Shown: positions 48,809-59,008 of the stretch, piece by piece
Layout of the letters: each line of letters starts with the position of its first letter
How positions within the stretch are numbered: position 1 is the stretch's first letter
Source of the DNA: an uncultured Alphaproteobacteria bacterium
GTDB lineage: Bacteria; Pseudomonadota; Alphaproteobacteria; Rs-D84
Reading direction: 5' to 3'
Assembly (NCBI GenBank): GCA_944392815.1
Contig: CALXXY010000003.1
Span: forward strand, 43,520 to 107,519
Length of the DNA: 64,000 nt
The notes under the pieces: model-generated
What the model saw: only the letters and a program-made list of their open reading frames with translations
Databases searched by the model: none
What the model was told of the DNA's origin: nothing
Translations under genes and position numbers: made by a program

Positions 48809-48836
48809 ACTATACATAATATACATTATGCGCCTT
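48809..48836 (-). other. Chromosomal dif site (XerCD dimer resolution site)
   Basis: The minus strand reads AAGGCGCATAA-TGTATA-TTATGTATAGT, compared with E. coli dif GGTGCGCATAA-TGTATA-TTATGTTAAAT. It is intergenic, and gene orientation and octamer skew switch here. Confidence 0.85.
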
Positions 48837-49262
48837 TTGGCATGGTTTACAAATCGGTGTCCCCTGGGGCGAAAAACTGGCCGAAATTTCGTCCTGACAC
48901 ACAACAAAACGGCAACAAAAAAATACGGTACAAAAATGAATATAAATATAAACATCACTGTGGCGCGAACAATAATAAATCACACGACAAACACAAAATC
49001 ATCGCGCAAACGTCGCCACATCGACAAACTTTTTATAATTTGCACGATATTTGCCGTATACCTGACAGCCATCATTTTTATCATCACGACATAATATGAA
49101 ACAACGAAAATACGCCCCGGTCCAACAAAACCGCCCTGTTCCGCCGTCCACCCCACCAATTACCACACGACGCCAAAACGAAACACGCCCCGGCGGCGGC
49201 GCGCAAAAAAAACACAAAAAACGGCGGAAATTCGCCGTTTTTTACACATTTCACCACACAAA

Positions 49263-49835
49263 TCACCGTGATTTGCGGCCGCCATGGGCCACTTTCGTGA
49301 TTTTTGTAATTTTATCCCTGGCAACCCGGGTCACAGTTTTAATCCCCTTTTCTAAATCACTGGGTTGGGCAGGTATAATTTGCTCGGCCTGTAATTTCGA
49401 ACAGCAATTTGGGCATTTTGTCGCCTGGATATTTATAGTAGATTTACAATACGGGCACGTCCGCGTCGTCACGGCCTTTTTCGCACGCAATTTGTTCATC
49501 ACGCGCACCATTAAAAACACCGCAAACATAGTAATCAGAAAACTGACCACAGTATTCAAAAACACACCTATATTCATAGTGGCGGCCCCGGCGGCCTGGG
49601 CTTCGGCCACAGTGTTATAGTGCGCACCCGGCGCCCCACCCGACAGAACGATAAAAAATTGCGAAAAATCAATATCCCCGATCAGCATACCGATTGGTGG
49701 CATAATAACATCTTTGACCAGCGAATTAACCATAGTCGTCATGACACTGCCGACGATGATACCAACGGCCATATCAATCGCGCTGCCACGTTCCAAAAAC
49801 GTTCTGAATTCGGACAACAATTTATTTTTAGCCAT
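49263..49835 (-). CDS. mscL: Large-conductance mechanosensitive channel with a C-terminal zinc-ribbon
   Basis: EFRTFLERGSAIDMAVGIIVG, SLVKDVIMPPIG and CPYC...CPNC. Confidence 0.95.
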   Translation of the reverse strand: MAKNKLLSEFRTFLERGSAIDMAVGIIVGSVMTTMVNSLVKDVIMPPIGMLIGDIDFSQFFIVLSGGAPGAHYNTVAEAQAAGAATMNIGVFLNTVVSFLITMFAVFLMVRVMNKLRAKKAVTTRTCPYCKSTINIQATKCPNCCSKLQAEQIIPAQPSDLEKGIKTVTRVARDKITKITKVAHGGRKSR

Positions 49836-50391
49836 TTTTTTCACCTTTGCCATTATTCAAATAATCTTTTAATTCAGCGACCACCTTGTTCAGTGTTTTC
49901 CGCAAACTTTCATCGCGCGTTTCCACGGTAATATCAGCGGTTGCATAAATATCATATCGTTCATCAATCAATTGCGCCAAAATTTTCCGACTGTCCGTGT
50001 GCAGCAACTGCGGCCGCGTATGCCGAAACCCAGTTCGTTTTACCAACAAATCCAAATCCGCCCGCAGCCACACAGACACCGCGCGTTCCAACACCATTTT
50101 TCGCACGGCCGGGGTTATAAATGCGCCCTCGCCTGTGGAAATAACCTTTAACGCCGGCGGCGTATCAAACAGCCGTTCAATGACCCTCTGTTCAGCGCGA
50201 CGAAATTCGGCCTCGCCATACATGGCGAAAATATCCACCACGCTGCAACCGGCTGCGGCCTCGATTTCTTTGTCTGAATCAACGAACGGAATCCCCAGCC
50301 GTCGTGCCAACGCGCGCCCTACACTGGTTTTACCGGCCCCCATCAGCCCAACCATAACAATCGGCTTGTTCAGTTTTATATTTTCTTTCAT
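49828..50391 (-). CDS. aroK: Shikimate kinase
   Basis: VGLMGAGKTSVG, FVDSD, GEAEFR and RPQL. Start set at ATG 50391. Confidence 0.93.
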   Translation of the reverse strand: MKENIKLNKPIVMVGLMGAGKTSVGRALARRLGIPFVDSDKEIEAAAGCSVVDIFAMYGEAEFRRAEQRVIERLFDTPPALKVISTGEGAFITPAVRKMVLERAVSVWLRADLDLLVKRTGFRHTRPQLLHTDSRKILAQLIDERYDIYATADITVETRDESLRKTLNKVVAELKDYLNNGKGEKNG

Positions 50392-50515
50392 ACCGCAAAT
50401 TTTACTAAAAAATACGCCCATTCTCAACAAGAATTAAAAACGCTTTTTATTTTAAAATCACGAAAAATATGATATAATGCAAACATATCAATTACGTAGG
50501 GGACGAGAGAGCATC

Positions 50516-51643
50516 ATGAACAAAACATCTTTATTGGCATTGGCCACATTTATACTGTCCATGGGCGGCGCTTTTGCGGCCGGCCCGCATATTTACGCAA
50601 ATTCATTTGCAGCGCACAACATCACCGCAATCCAGCATTCGGTTATGACAACCGCCATGCAAACGTTCGAGGGCACAGCCGCCGCCGCATTGGGCGGTCG
50701 CGCCAACATAATCAAACACAATGACCCAGACGCCAGATATTTATACGGCACAACACCGATGTACGGCTGGCCACGTCTGTACGGCGAATATGGCGACGAT
50801 GGCACAGTCCAACAAACCGGTCGCAATGGCGGCGACACCGTGTCCATGGATATGACCATGGAAACACGCGACCCGCGCCCAGTATTAAACAGCGCATGGA
50901 TAAATTGGCAACACATCGATGATGACGTAAAATTCCACGATATTGATGGACTGGACACTGATACAGATTTAATCATGTTCGGATTGGCGGGCGGCGAATC
51001 CCAGCGCGGCATCGGCATATCAGAATGGGGAATTTTCGGCGGATACATTGGCGGCGGTCAAACCAACAGTTTTATTGACATGTCTGAAAACGGTGGCTAT
51101 GTCGGGTTATACGGCGGATATAATGTCCACAATTTCAATTTATCTGTGGCGGCAAATGCCGGCGCATTGTACAACAGCGCCGAAACAGAATACGGCATTG
51201 ACGAATTCGCAAACATGTGGGCCGGCGTCGCAATGAACGCAACATTTAACATTGCGCTGGACAACACATTTACAATCCAGCCCGGCGTATACGCGGGATA
51301 TACATGGATTGGTTCGGCGGATTATATATCTATGTCGGGCGACGCTATTGCGAACGCAAATTATAATATGTTCGAAATAGCCCCGGAAATCCGTGCAATA
51401 AAACACGTGGGGCGCGGCTGGTTCGGATATATTAATTTCAAATATGCATTTGTCATGGGCACCCCAGGCGACGTATGGGTGAACGGCACACTGTACGACG
51501 AATTGACAACCCGCGATTATGCAGAATATGGAATCGGTATTGAAAAATCCATAGACAGATTTAATGTTGGCCTGCAAATCAACCGTCGCGATGGTGGCCG
51601 CGCCGGCTGGAACGGCAGTGTTAATTTAAAATACATATTCTGA
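50516..51643 (+). CDS. Autotransporter beta-domain outer membrane protein with a very short passenger
   Basis: Signal peptide, GRNGGD linker, amphipathic beta-strands and C-terminal LKYIF. Confidence 0.75.
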   Translation: MNKTSLLALATFILSMGGAFAAGPHIYANSFAAHNITAIQHSVMTTAMQTFEGTAAAALGGRANIIKHNDPDARYLYGTTPMYGWPRLYGEYGDDGTVQQTGRNGGDTVSMDMTMETRDPRPVLNSAWINWQHIDDDVKFHDIDGLDTDTDLIMFGLAGGESQRGIGISEWGIFGGYIGGGQTNSFIDMSENGGYVGLYGGYNVHNFNLSVAANAGALYNSAETEYGIDEFANMWAGVAMNATFNIALDNTFTIQPGVYAGYTWIGSADYISMSGDAIANANYNMFEIAPEIRAIKHVGRGWFGYINFKYAFVMGTPGDVWVNGTLYDELTTRDYAEYGIGIEKSIDRFNVGLQINRRDGGRAGWNGSVNLKYIF

Positions 51644-51734
51644 TAAAACAAAAATCCCGCGATATGCGGGATTTTTATTGCATTTCATGGTGATTTTATT
51701 AACGGGGGCTTTTGCCCCTGTTATCAAACCCAAA

Positions 51735-52805
51735 TTATTCCAGATTAGCCAAACGATCCAATTGATCGGCGGCAATTAACGCATCTATCATTTCGTCCAA
51801 CGCGGGGCCACCGGCCAAAATATCGTCCAATTTATACAACGTTAATTTAATACGATGATCCGTCACGCGTTGTTCAGGAAAATTATACGTGCGAATTTTT
51901 TCACTGCGGTCGCCAGACCCAACCATGCTTTTACGCGCAGAATTACTGGCGTTTTGCTGTTCATTGCGCTGTTTTTCATATAATTTAGACCGCAAAACAG
52001 CCATAGCCGCCGCCTTGTTCTGGAACTGGCTGCGTTCATTTTGACACGTGACAACTATTCCAGTCGGGAAATGTGTAATACGCACAGCACTGTCGGTTTT
52101 ATTAACGTGCTGTCCCCCCGCCCCAGACGCACGGAACACGTCGATACGAATATCCTTGTCATCAATAACAATGTCTATGTCCTGGGCCTGGGGCATAACA
52201 GCCACCGACGCAGCACTGGTATGGATACGGCCACCGGCCTCGGTTTCGGGCACACGTTGCACACGATGAATACCAGATTCAAATTTCAACCGCGCGTACG
52301 CGCCCGCGCCGTCTATTTTGAAAATAATTTCTTTGTACCCGTGCAACGACGTAGGATTTTCATCAATCACTTCGGTTGTCCAACCATGACGCATGGCGTA
52401 CGATTTATATTGATTATACAAATCGCCCGCGAACAGCGCGGATTCTTCGCCACCAACACCGGCACGAATTTCCATAATAACACTGTTATCGTCGGCCTCG
52501 TCCCGGGGCAGCAACGCGATTTGCAATTTGCGTTCTATATCAGGCAATTTGTGATTCAATTCGTCCAATTGTTCCGCGGCAACAGATTTTAATTCCGCAT
52601 CATGCAACATTTCATTTGCGTCATCTATGCCCTGCTTTATTGCGAAATATTCATTCACCAGCGGCAAAATTTCCGACAACTGCGAATATTCTTTGGACAG
52701 TCGGGTTAACTCGGCCCCCGACACATTACCAGAATTCATCTGTTCGGCAATTTCCGCAGCGCGCGTTTGAATATCTTTTAATTTATCATCAATAACCATG
52801 ACCAA
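51735..52805 (-). CDS. prfA: Peptide chain release factor 1
   Basis: GAGGQHVN, RVPETE (PxT motif) and IRTYNFP. Confidence 0.98.
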   Translation of the reverse strand: MVMVIDDKLKDIQTRAAEIAEQMNSGNVSGAELTRLSKEYSQLSEILPLVNEYFAIKQGIDDANEMLHDAELKSVAAEQLDELNHKLPDIERKLQIALLPRDEADDNSVIMEIRAGVGGEESALFAGDLYNQYKSYAMRHGWTTEVIDENPTSLHGYKEIIFKIDGAGAYARLKFESGIHRVQRVPETEAGGRIHTSAASVAVMPQAQDIDIVIDDKDIRIDVFRASGAGGQHVNKTDSAVRITHFPTGIVVTCQNERSQFQNKAAAMAVLRSKLYEKQRNEQQNASNSARKSMVGSGDRSEKIRTYNFPEQRVTDHRIKLTLYKLDDILAGGPALDEMIDALIAADQLDRLANLE

Positions 52806-52811
52806 TCCGAT

Positions 52812-54098
52812 TTATTTCAACAATTTGATAACATCGTCCAGCGACAAAGTTTGTTGCTGACCCGTTTGCATATTTTTCAATGCCAACATTTCTGACGCGC
52901 GTTCATTTTCGCCAATAATGATACTGAAATCAGCGTTAATTTTATCGGCAAATTCGATTTGATTTTTGAATTTTTTATTTGCGTCCAAATACGGCACCGC
53001 GGCAATCCCGGCACCACGCAACGCCGCCAACACACGCATAGAATACGCAACCTGGTCGCCACCCATGCACAACACAGCCGCGCGCACTGGACGCATAAAC
53101 GGTGTTAAATCGATTCGGTTGTCGTCCAACAATGCAACCATTAAACGCGAAAATCCAACGGCTGCCCCGACCCCGATAATTTTCGTTTTGGAAAATTTAG
53201 ACGCCAAATCTTCGTACCGGCCACCGCCACCAATCGCACCCAATTCCGGGAAATTATCCAGGAAAAATTCAAACACAATCCCGGTATAGTACGCATGCCC
53301 GCGCATAATTCCCAAATCTATTTTTGCGTTTTTAATTCCCATGGAATCCAGCAAAACCATAAATTCATCGATTTCGCGAATGGCCGCGTCCAATGCATCT
53401 GATACATTTACAAAAGATTTATAACCATCTGAAAACACGCGATTGATTGTTGTCGCCGCGTCCGCGCCAACCGTTTCCACCAACCCATCGTAAAAATCAG
53501 AAATTTTTTCACGTTTATCAATTAAAACAAACGCCGCCCTGCTTTGTTCCGCATTCAAGCCCAAATACGCAAACATCGCATTCCAGAAACGACGATTTCC
53601 CACACGAATATTCACCGGCCCAATAAATTCAGCCACAGATTCATATGCCCGCGCCAACGTCGCCACGATTTCAGCATCGTAATTTTCAGACAGCGTATCA
53701 ATTCCCATGATATCCAAATCCATCTGATAAAATTCACGATAACGCCCACGCTGGGGTCGTTCGCCGCGATAGTTGCGTGCAAATTGGTACGCACGAAAGG
53801 GGAACACTAAATCATTTATATGCCCAGCAACATAGCGCGACAACCCAACCGTTCCATCGTACCGCAGCCCCATTTTTGTATCGCCCTTTTGAAACAAAAA
53901 CATCTGGGTTTCAATTTCGTCCCAATTGTCTTTGTCGGTTAAAACCTCGGCTCGTTCGATTGCGGGCAAATCCAAATGTGCAAAACCCGCCGTTTTCAAC
54001 ACACGTTGCATACGCACAGCACATTCATCAAAACAGCGCTGTTGCGCCGGCAATAATTCAATAAATCCCGACAAAGTTTTTGTTGGCTTTAATTCCAT
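52812..54098 (-). CDS. hisS: Histidine--tRNA ligase
   Basis: LRYDGT, RGERPQRGRYREFYQ, RGHAYYTG and GGGRY. Confidence 0.97.
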   Translation of the reverse strand: MELKPTKTLSGFIELLPAQQRCFDECAVRMQRVLKTAGFAHLDLPAIERAEVLTDKDNWDEIETQMFLFQKGDTKMGLRYDGTVGLSRYVAGHINDLVFPFRAYQFARNYRGERPQRGRYREFYQMDLDIMGIDTLSENYDAEIVATLARAYESVAEFIGPVNIRVGNRRFWNAMFAYLGLNAEQSRAAFVLIDKREKISDFYDGLVETVGADAATTINRVFSDGYKSFVNVSDALDAAIREIDEFMVLLDSMGIKNAKIDLGIMRGHAYYTGIVFEFFLDNFPELGAIGGGGRYEDLASKFSKTKIIGVGAAVGFSRLMVALLDDNRIDLTPFMRPVRAAVLCMGGDQVAYSMRVLAALRGAGIAAVPYLDANKKFKNQIEFADKINADFSIIIGENERASEMLALKNMQTGQQQTLSLDDVIKLLK

Positions 54099-54338
54099 TT
54101 TTTAATCCTGTGGTTGTGTCGCGCACCGCGACGATTTTATACGAAACAGATTATATCACAAATATATGAAAAACGCTATAAACACCCCGCCCGATGGGCG
54201 TGATAATGTGCGAATAAAATTGTTTTATTGCAAATCATACGAAAATAATACCCAAAATCCACCACTTTGCAAGTTTTTATTAAAAATATATCCCGCGTTA
54301 TGCGCGGGATATATTAACCAAACCAAAATAAAAGAATA

Positions 54339-55079
54339 TTAAAAAGACATCTTTACACCGGCAATGATTTCATGTTTGTACAAATCAACATCTGAATCAA
54401 ACACGCCCTTCATTCCGCCCAGTTCTGTTTTGTGATCAACATGGAACATGCCATTTGTGTATTCTACACTGCCCAAATCGGTATATTTATACGCGATATT
54501 GAACGCAACGTTATCTGTGACCGGGACTTCGATACCAACGCCAACATTCCACGACATATTTTCAGTTGTCGCCGGCGTTTCCCAGAACCAATTACCACTG
54601 CGGAAATTATTTTCTGATTCGATTGTGGTATACCCAATACCCGCCGTCACATACGGGATAAACTTATATACTTTATACCCGTATTTAACGTTCAATCCCA
54701 GTGTGCTTTCATTGTATGTAAAGTTTCTGACATCGGTATCATTTGGCTTGTCACCATTTTCAGCCGCATCAAACCCAACCGCGTTAAAGAAATTATCGAC
54801 TTGGCCGTATTCCGCCTCGACTGACAATATGCCGGCTTTTTCCATATCAAATTCATAACCGACCGCAATTTTTGGTGAAAATTTATGTCCTTTGCCAGAC
54901 CAACTTTCGTGTTTATTGCCATCAAATTCGGCCCACACGCCATTTTGTGACGATTTTTCCACACGATTTTCAGACACAGATGTAATGCTGTACGCAACCT
55001 GTGGATTGATATAAAACCCATCAGCCATTGCACCAGTTGCGACCAAGGCAAACACAGAACCACATAAGATTTTTTTCAT
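54339..55079 (-). CDS. Eight-stranded outer membrane beta-barrel protein (OmpA-TM/opacity-like)
   Basis: Signal peptide ending AMA, PYVTAGIGY, AYKYTDLG and a C-terminal Phe. Confidence 0.88.
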   Translation of the reverse strand: MKKILCGSVFALVATGAMADGFYINPQVAYSITSVSENRVEKSSQNGVWAEFDGNKHESWSGKGHKFSPKIAVGYEFDMEKAGILSVEAEYGQVDNFFNAVGFDAAENGDKPNDTDVRNFTYNESTLGLNVKYGYKVYKFIPYVTAGIGYTTIESENNFRSGNWFWETPATTENMSWNVGVGIEVPVTDNVAFNIAYKYTDLGSVEYTNGMFHVDHKTELGGMKGVFDSDVDLYKHEIIAGVKMSF

Positions 55080-55111
55080 TGCTTCTTCCTTTTTTTGTTT
55101 GAACGTTAAAC

Positions 55112-55334
55112 AAAAACCACCAGATGATTGGTGGTCGGGAAGTTAGCAAATCATATCCATCAATGACCTGTCGGTTTTCGGTTGCAATACAACCTGTTGT
55201 ATCGCCGACACAACCCGACCCATAAAGTCAGGCAACCGAACAACACTGCATGTTGTCGGTGGATATCGATACATTTCGTACCGTATGGATACAGGATTGC
55301 TAAATCCCTGAACCAATGTCCCCACTGATTCAAT
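55112..55334 (-). promoter_or_regulatory. Structured attenuator-like 5' leader of the OMP gene
   Basis: Hairpin 55310-55331. Long stem 55285-55303/55143-55160. GGTCGGG (55220-55214) is complementary to CCCGACC (55139-55133). Terminator ACCACCA/TGGTGGT plus TTTTT. Confidence 0.65.
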
Positions 55335-55367
55335 TCACAGTATACCCTATTAATACAAATACACAAG

Positions 55368-56075
55368 TCAAAAATATCTGTGCAATTCAGCGCCGTGCGC
55401 ATTCAGCCATCTTTTGGCGCGTTCCACCCCAAATCCATACAACTGCGACACAGTTTGCCAAAACGCAGGCGAATGATCCATATGTACCCTGTGCGCCAAT
55501 TCGTGCATAACAACATATCGCATAACGTCACGCGGCGCAAACGCCAACCGCCACGACAAAGACATCGTCCCACTGGTCGAACAACTGCCCCAACGACTGG
55601 TTGTGTCACGCACAGCTATACGTTTTGGCCACAATTCACGCGGCGCGCTGTGCACCATTTGTTTGGCCACAATCAAAAACTGGCTGCGAATAAAATCACG
55701 CACACGACGTTCAAACATATCCGCCCCGCCCCCGACAATCAGTGTTGCCGATGTGTCGTCATGCGCAACAAATTCATTTGACCGCCGCGATGGGTCATGT
55801 GTTAATAAAACATGCCACCCCAAAAATTCTATTTCATCGCCAGAATGCAATCGTATTTTTTGTGGTGCATTGTTAAATATGCGTTCACACCAGCGACGTT
55901 TTTGTTCCAAAAAACGCAACGCAGTCGCCGTCGGTGTCAACCACGGTTTTGATATATGAATTTCGCGTACTGGGCGCGTTTTTGGACGCAAAGTAATATT
56001 ACGCAACCCACGGCGCGCCACAATTACAACCGGGATACGTTCACCCGATGATAAAACGAATTCGTATTCAGCCAT
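55368..56075 (-). CDS. YgjP/DUF45 (M48-like) metallopeptidase-domain protein
   Basis: SRWGSCS and YVVMHELAH...HSPAFW. Confidence 0.92.
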   Translation of the reverse strand: MAEYEFVLSSGERIPVVIVARRGLRNITLRPKTRPVREIHISKPWLTPTATALRFLEQKRRWCERIFNNAPQKIRLHSGDEIEFLGWHVLLTHDPSRRSNEFVAHDDTSATLIVGGGADMFERRVRDFIRSQFLIVAKQMVHSAPRELWPKRIAVRDTTSRWGSCSTSGTMSLSWRLAFAPRDVMRYVVMHELAHRVHMDHSPAFWQTVSQLYGFGVERAKRWLNAHGAELHRYF

Positions 56076-56084
56076 ATGTGATAT

Positions 56085-57875
56085 TTACTTTATTTTATTT
56101 AAAATATCGCGCGCAATTGCGTCCGTGTCAAATCCAAAATGCGCATATACTTCGTCCCCATCACCAGACACCCCAAATGAATCAATCCCAACAACAGCAT
56201 CTGCAAATTCAAACCAGGGCGCAGATGCCGCGGCCTCTATTGCGACGACAAATCCGGCCAAAATTTTATTTTTGTATTTTTCGTCCTGATTTCTGAAATC
56301 GGAAACAGACGGCATACTGACCACCTGGACAGCATCACCCAATTTTTTCGCAACAGATACAGCCAATGCAACCTCGGCCCCGGTGGCAATAATCGTGACA
56401 CGCACACGTCGGGCTGTGGCCGGGTGAATTATATATGCACCACGCGATATATCCGCCCCCCCAGGCGTCGGAACCTGCGTAAATTTTTGACGCGACAAAA
56501 TAATTGCGCTGGGGCGTCCAGTATCTGCAATTGCCGATTGCCATGCGTGTGCAACCTCGGCCCGGTTGCATGGACGATATACGTTTAAATTCGGAATTAA
56601 TCGCAACCCAGGCAATTGTTCAACGGGCTGATGCGTCGGGCCGTCCGCCCCCACAGTAATACTGTCATGCGAAAACACATAAATCACGGGCAAATGCGAC
56701 ATTGCCGCCATACGAATACTGGCGCGCATATAGTCACTGAACACCAAAAACGTTGACCCATACGGCCGCAATCCGGCCACCGCCATACCGTTCATAATCG
56801 CGCCCATTGCATGTTCGCGCACACCATAATTTATATAATTTCCATCGAATGATGGCGGAACTATATCGGAACTGGACTTAACCTCGGCCCCGGTATTGCG
56901 CCCCAAATCAGCACTGCCCCCGATTAACGGCGCACCGGCCGCCAACAGCGCATTCAAATACACCCCGGACAATTCCCGTGTGGACGCCGCGCCACCGTCA
57001 TCATCGTTCGGCCATTTAACTTTCTTTGCATTAAATTTTGGATATTGCGGGACATATTTTTTCGCATAATCCGCCGCCACCAACATCCACAGCGCGTCCC
57101 CATCATAAGAAATATTTTTTTCAATCAATATCATCATTTCCGAATCAGACAACGCCAACCCATGCGCCGCCGCGGTCCCAGCCAAACTGGATTCGCGCCC
57201 AATAACAGTTTTTGCATCAACAAATGTTGGCGCGCCCCGCCCGGTTGCACCACGCAAAGCCCTGTTTAAATCGGCAAAATTATTCCCATCAACGTATTTT
57301 ACATTCCACCCGGCCGCCGCCATACGTGCAGGCATATCATCGTCAACCAATGCCGCACCATCAATGGTCACGCCATTATCGTCCCAAATTAACACCAGAT
57401 TGTCCAATTCATACCGACCGGCGAATGTAATGACCTCGGCCGCGACGCCTTCGCTTAAATCGCCATCGCTGCACAAACAGTAAACAACACCATCACCACC
57501 ACGAATTTTTTCCGCCAACGCCAACCCAACCGCGTTTCCAATACCCTGACCCAATGGTCCGGTTGTCGCCCACACCCCATCAATACCAAATTCCGGGTGG
57601 CCGGGCAATCCGCCAAATTTACGAAAACTGGTTAAATCACCAATATCATACCCCGCCAAACTTAATACAGAATACAACAGCGCACTGCCATGGCCAGACG
57701 ACAACACAAATTTGTCCACCCCCGGCCGCAGGAAATTGGCATAAATGGCGGTCACTATATCCGCCGCCCCCAGCACGATTCCAACATGCCCCGACCCTGC
57801 ATTGCGCACAGCATTCAACGCGTGCGCGCGCACGGCCTTGGACATTTCCCGTAATTGTTTGGCATCAAATCTCAT
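56085..57875 (-). CDS. tkt: Transketolase
   Basis: SGH, LSSGHGS, GHPE, TGPLGQG, GGSADL, YGVREHAM and DGPTHQP. Confidence 0.96.
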   Translation of the reverse strand: MRFDAKQLREMSKAVRAHALNAVRNAGSGHVGIVLGAADIVTAIYANFLRPGVDKFVLSSGHGSALLYSVLSLAGYDIGDLTSFRKFGGLPGHPEFGIDGVWATTGPLGQGIGNAVGLALAEKIRGGDGVVYCLCSDGDLSEGVAAEVITFAGRYELDNLVLIWDDNGVTIDGAALVDDDMPARMAAAGWNVKYVDGNNFADLNRALRGATGRGAPTFVDAKTVIGRESSLAGTAAAHGLALSDSEMMILIEKNISYDGDALWMLVAADYAKKYVPQYPKFNAKKVKWPNDDDGGAASTRELSGVYLNALLAAGAPLIGGSADLGRNTGAEVKSSSDIVPPSFDGNYINYGVREHAMGAIMNGMAVAGLRPYGSTFLVFSDYMRASIRMAAMSHLPVIYVFSHDSITVGADGPTHQPVEQLPGLRLIPNLNVYRPCNRAEVAHAWQSAIADTGRPSAIILSRQKFTQVPTPGGADISRGAYIIHPATARRVRVTIIATGAEVALAVSVAKKLGDAVQVVSMPSVSDFRNQDEKYKNKILAGFVVAIEAAASAPWFEFADAVVGIDSFGVSGDGDEVYAHFGFDTDAIARDILNKIK

Positions 57876-57910
57876 TTTATGATATTATATCACAAAAGCA
57901 GGTTAAAAAA

Positions 57911-58339
57911 ATGTTAAAAATTTGGACAGATGGCAGTTGTTTGGGAAACCCCGGTCCGGGCGGTTGGGCATTCATCGCAACCGATGGGAAAAATGTGGCT
58001 GAACGCAGCGGTGGCGCCCCCAACACAACAAACAATCAAATGGAATTAACGGCGGTTATACGCGCACTGGCCGCAACCCGCCATCACAACGAAATTGAAA
58101 TCCACACCGACAGTCAATATGTAAAAAACGGCATGCAGGTCTGGGTTCCACAATGGAAAAACAACAATTGGAAAACCGCCGCGAAAAAGCCCGTTAAAAA
58201 CAAAGAACTGTGGCAACAACTGGACGAATTGGCGCAACCCCGCAAAATTCATTGGGTGTGGGTACGCGGCCACAACGGAAATGAATATAATGAACGCTGT
58301 GACGAATTGGCACGCACAGCGGCCGAAAAATTGAAATAA
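57911..58339 (+). CDS. rnhA: Ribonuclease HI
   Basis: TDGSCLGNPGPGGW, TTNNQMEL, TDSQY and WVRGH...NERCDELA. Start set at ATG 57911. Confidence 0.97.
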   Translation: MLKIWTDGSCLGNPGPGGWAFIATDGKNVAERSGGAPNTTNNQMELTAVIRALAATRHHNEIEIHTDSQYVKNGMQVWVPQWKNNNWKTAAKKPVKNKELWQQLDELAQPRKIHWVWVRGHNGNEYNERCDELARTAAEKLK

Positions 58340-58342
58340 AAT

Positions 58343-59008
58343 TTATCCACGAAATCCCATCGCAACGATGAACATTTCCACGCTGTCCTTGCGCGATGCA
58401 GGCGGTTTCACATGATGCACCGATTCGAATTTTTCACGAATTTGCTTTAATAAATCGTTTGTTGTGCCACCTGTAAAAGATTTTGCAACAAACACACCAC
58501 CGGGCTTTAACGCACGACACGCAAAATCAAACGCATATTCCAACAACACCATTTGCCGAATATGATCGGTTTTTTTATGCCCAACTGTATTTGGCGCCAT
58601 ATCAGACAACACCACGTCCACAGTCCCATGCGCCGCACCATCGGCCGGTAAATTTAATTTTTGTACCAACCAATCCAGCGCAGCGTCCGACGTAAAATCG
58701 CCCTGGTAAAATTCGACCCCAGGAATTGGCACGATTTCCAACAAATCCATGGCGAACAAGCGCGACCGCGGAAACGCACGCATAACATATTGCGACCAAG
58801 ACCCCGGCGCAGCGCCCAAATCCACCACAACCTGGCCATTTTTCAGGAATTTATATTTTTCATTTATTTCAATCAATTTATACGCGGCACGCGCCCGATA
58901 ACCATCACGATGTGCGCGCGCCACATATGGATCCGCCGCCTGGCGCTGAATCCAGGCCGCAGACGATTTTTTTGCCGCAATTTTTTTGTTTAAAATTTTC
59001 ATCGCCAA
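58343..59008 (-). CDS. rlmE: 23S rRNA Um2552 methyltransferase RlmE/FtsJ
   Basis: GYRARAAYKL, VDLGAAPGSWSQ, SDMAP and KPPASR. Confidence 0.96.
   Translation of the reverse strand: MAMKILNKKIAAKKSSAAWIQRQAADPYVARAHRDGYRARAAYKLIEINEKYKFLKNGQVVVDLGAAPGSWSQYVMRAFPRSRLFAMDLLEIVPIPGVEFYQGDFTSDAALDWLVQKLNLPADGAAHGTVDVVLSDMAPNTVGHKKTDHIRQMVLLEYAFDFACRALKPGGVFVAKSFTGGTTNDLLKQIREKFESVHHVKPPASRKDSVEMFIVAMGFRG

Noticed and set aside
47900-48840. Replication origin or plasmid iterons in the long AT-rich intergenic region
   Set aside because: I saw no TTATCCACA-type DnaA boxes and no rep gene. Highly expressed genes converge on the region rather than diverging from it, and a dif match is present.
48828-49094. 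Small membrane protein ORF right of dif
   Set aside because: The ORF start overlaps dif, the composition is low-complexity and there is no clear RBS. A shorter version cannot be excluded but is unsupported.
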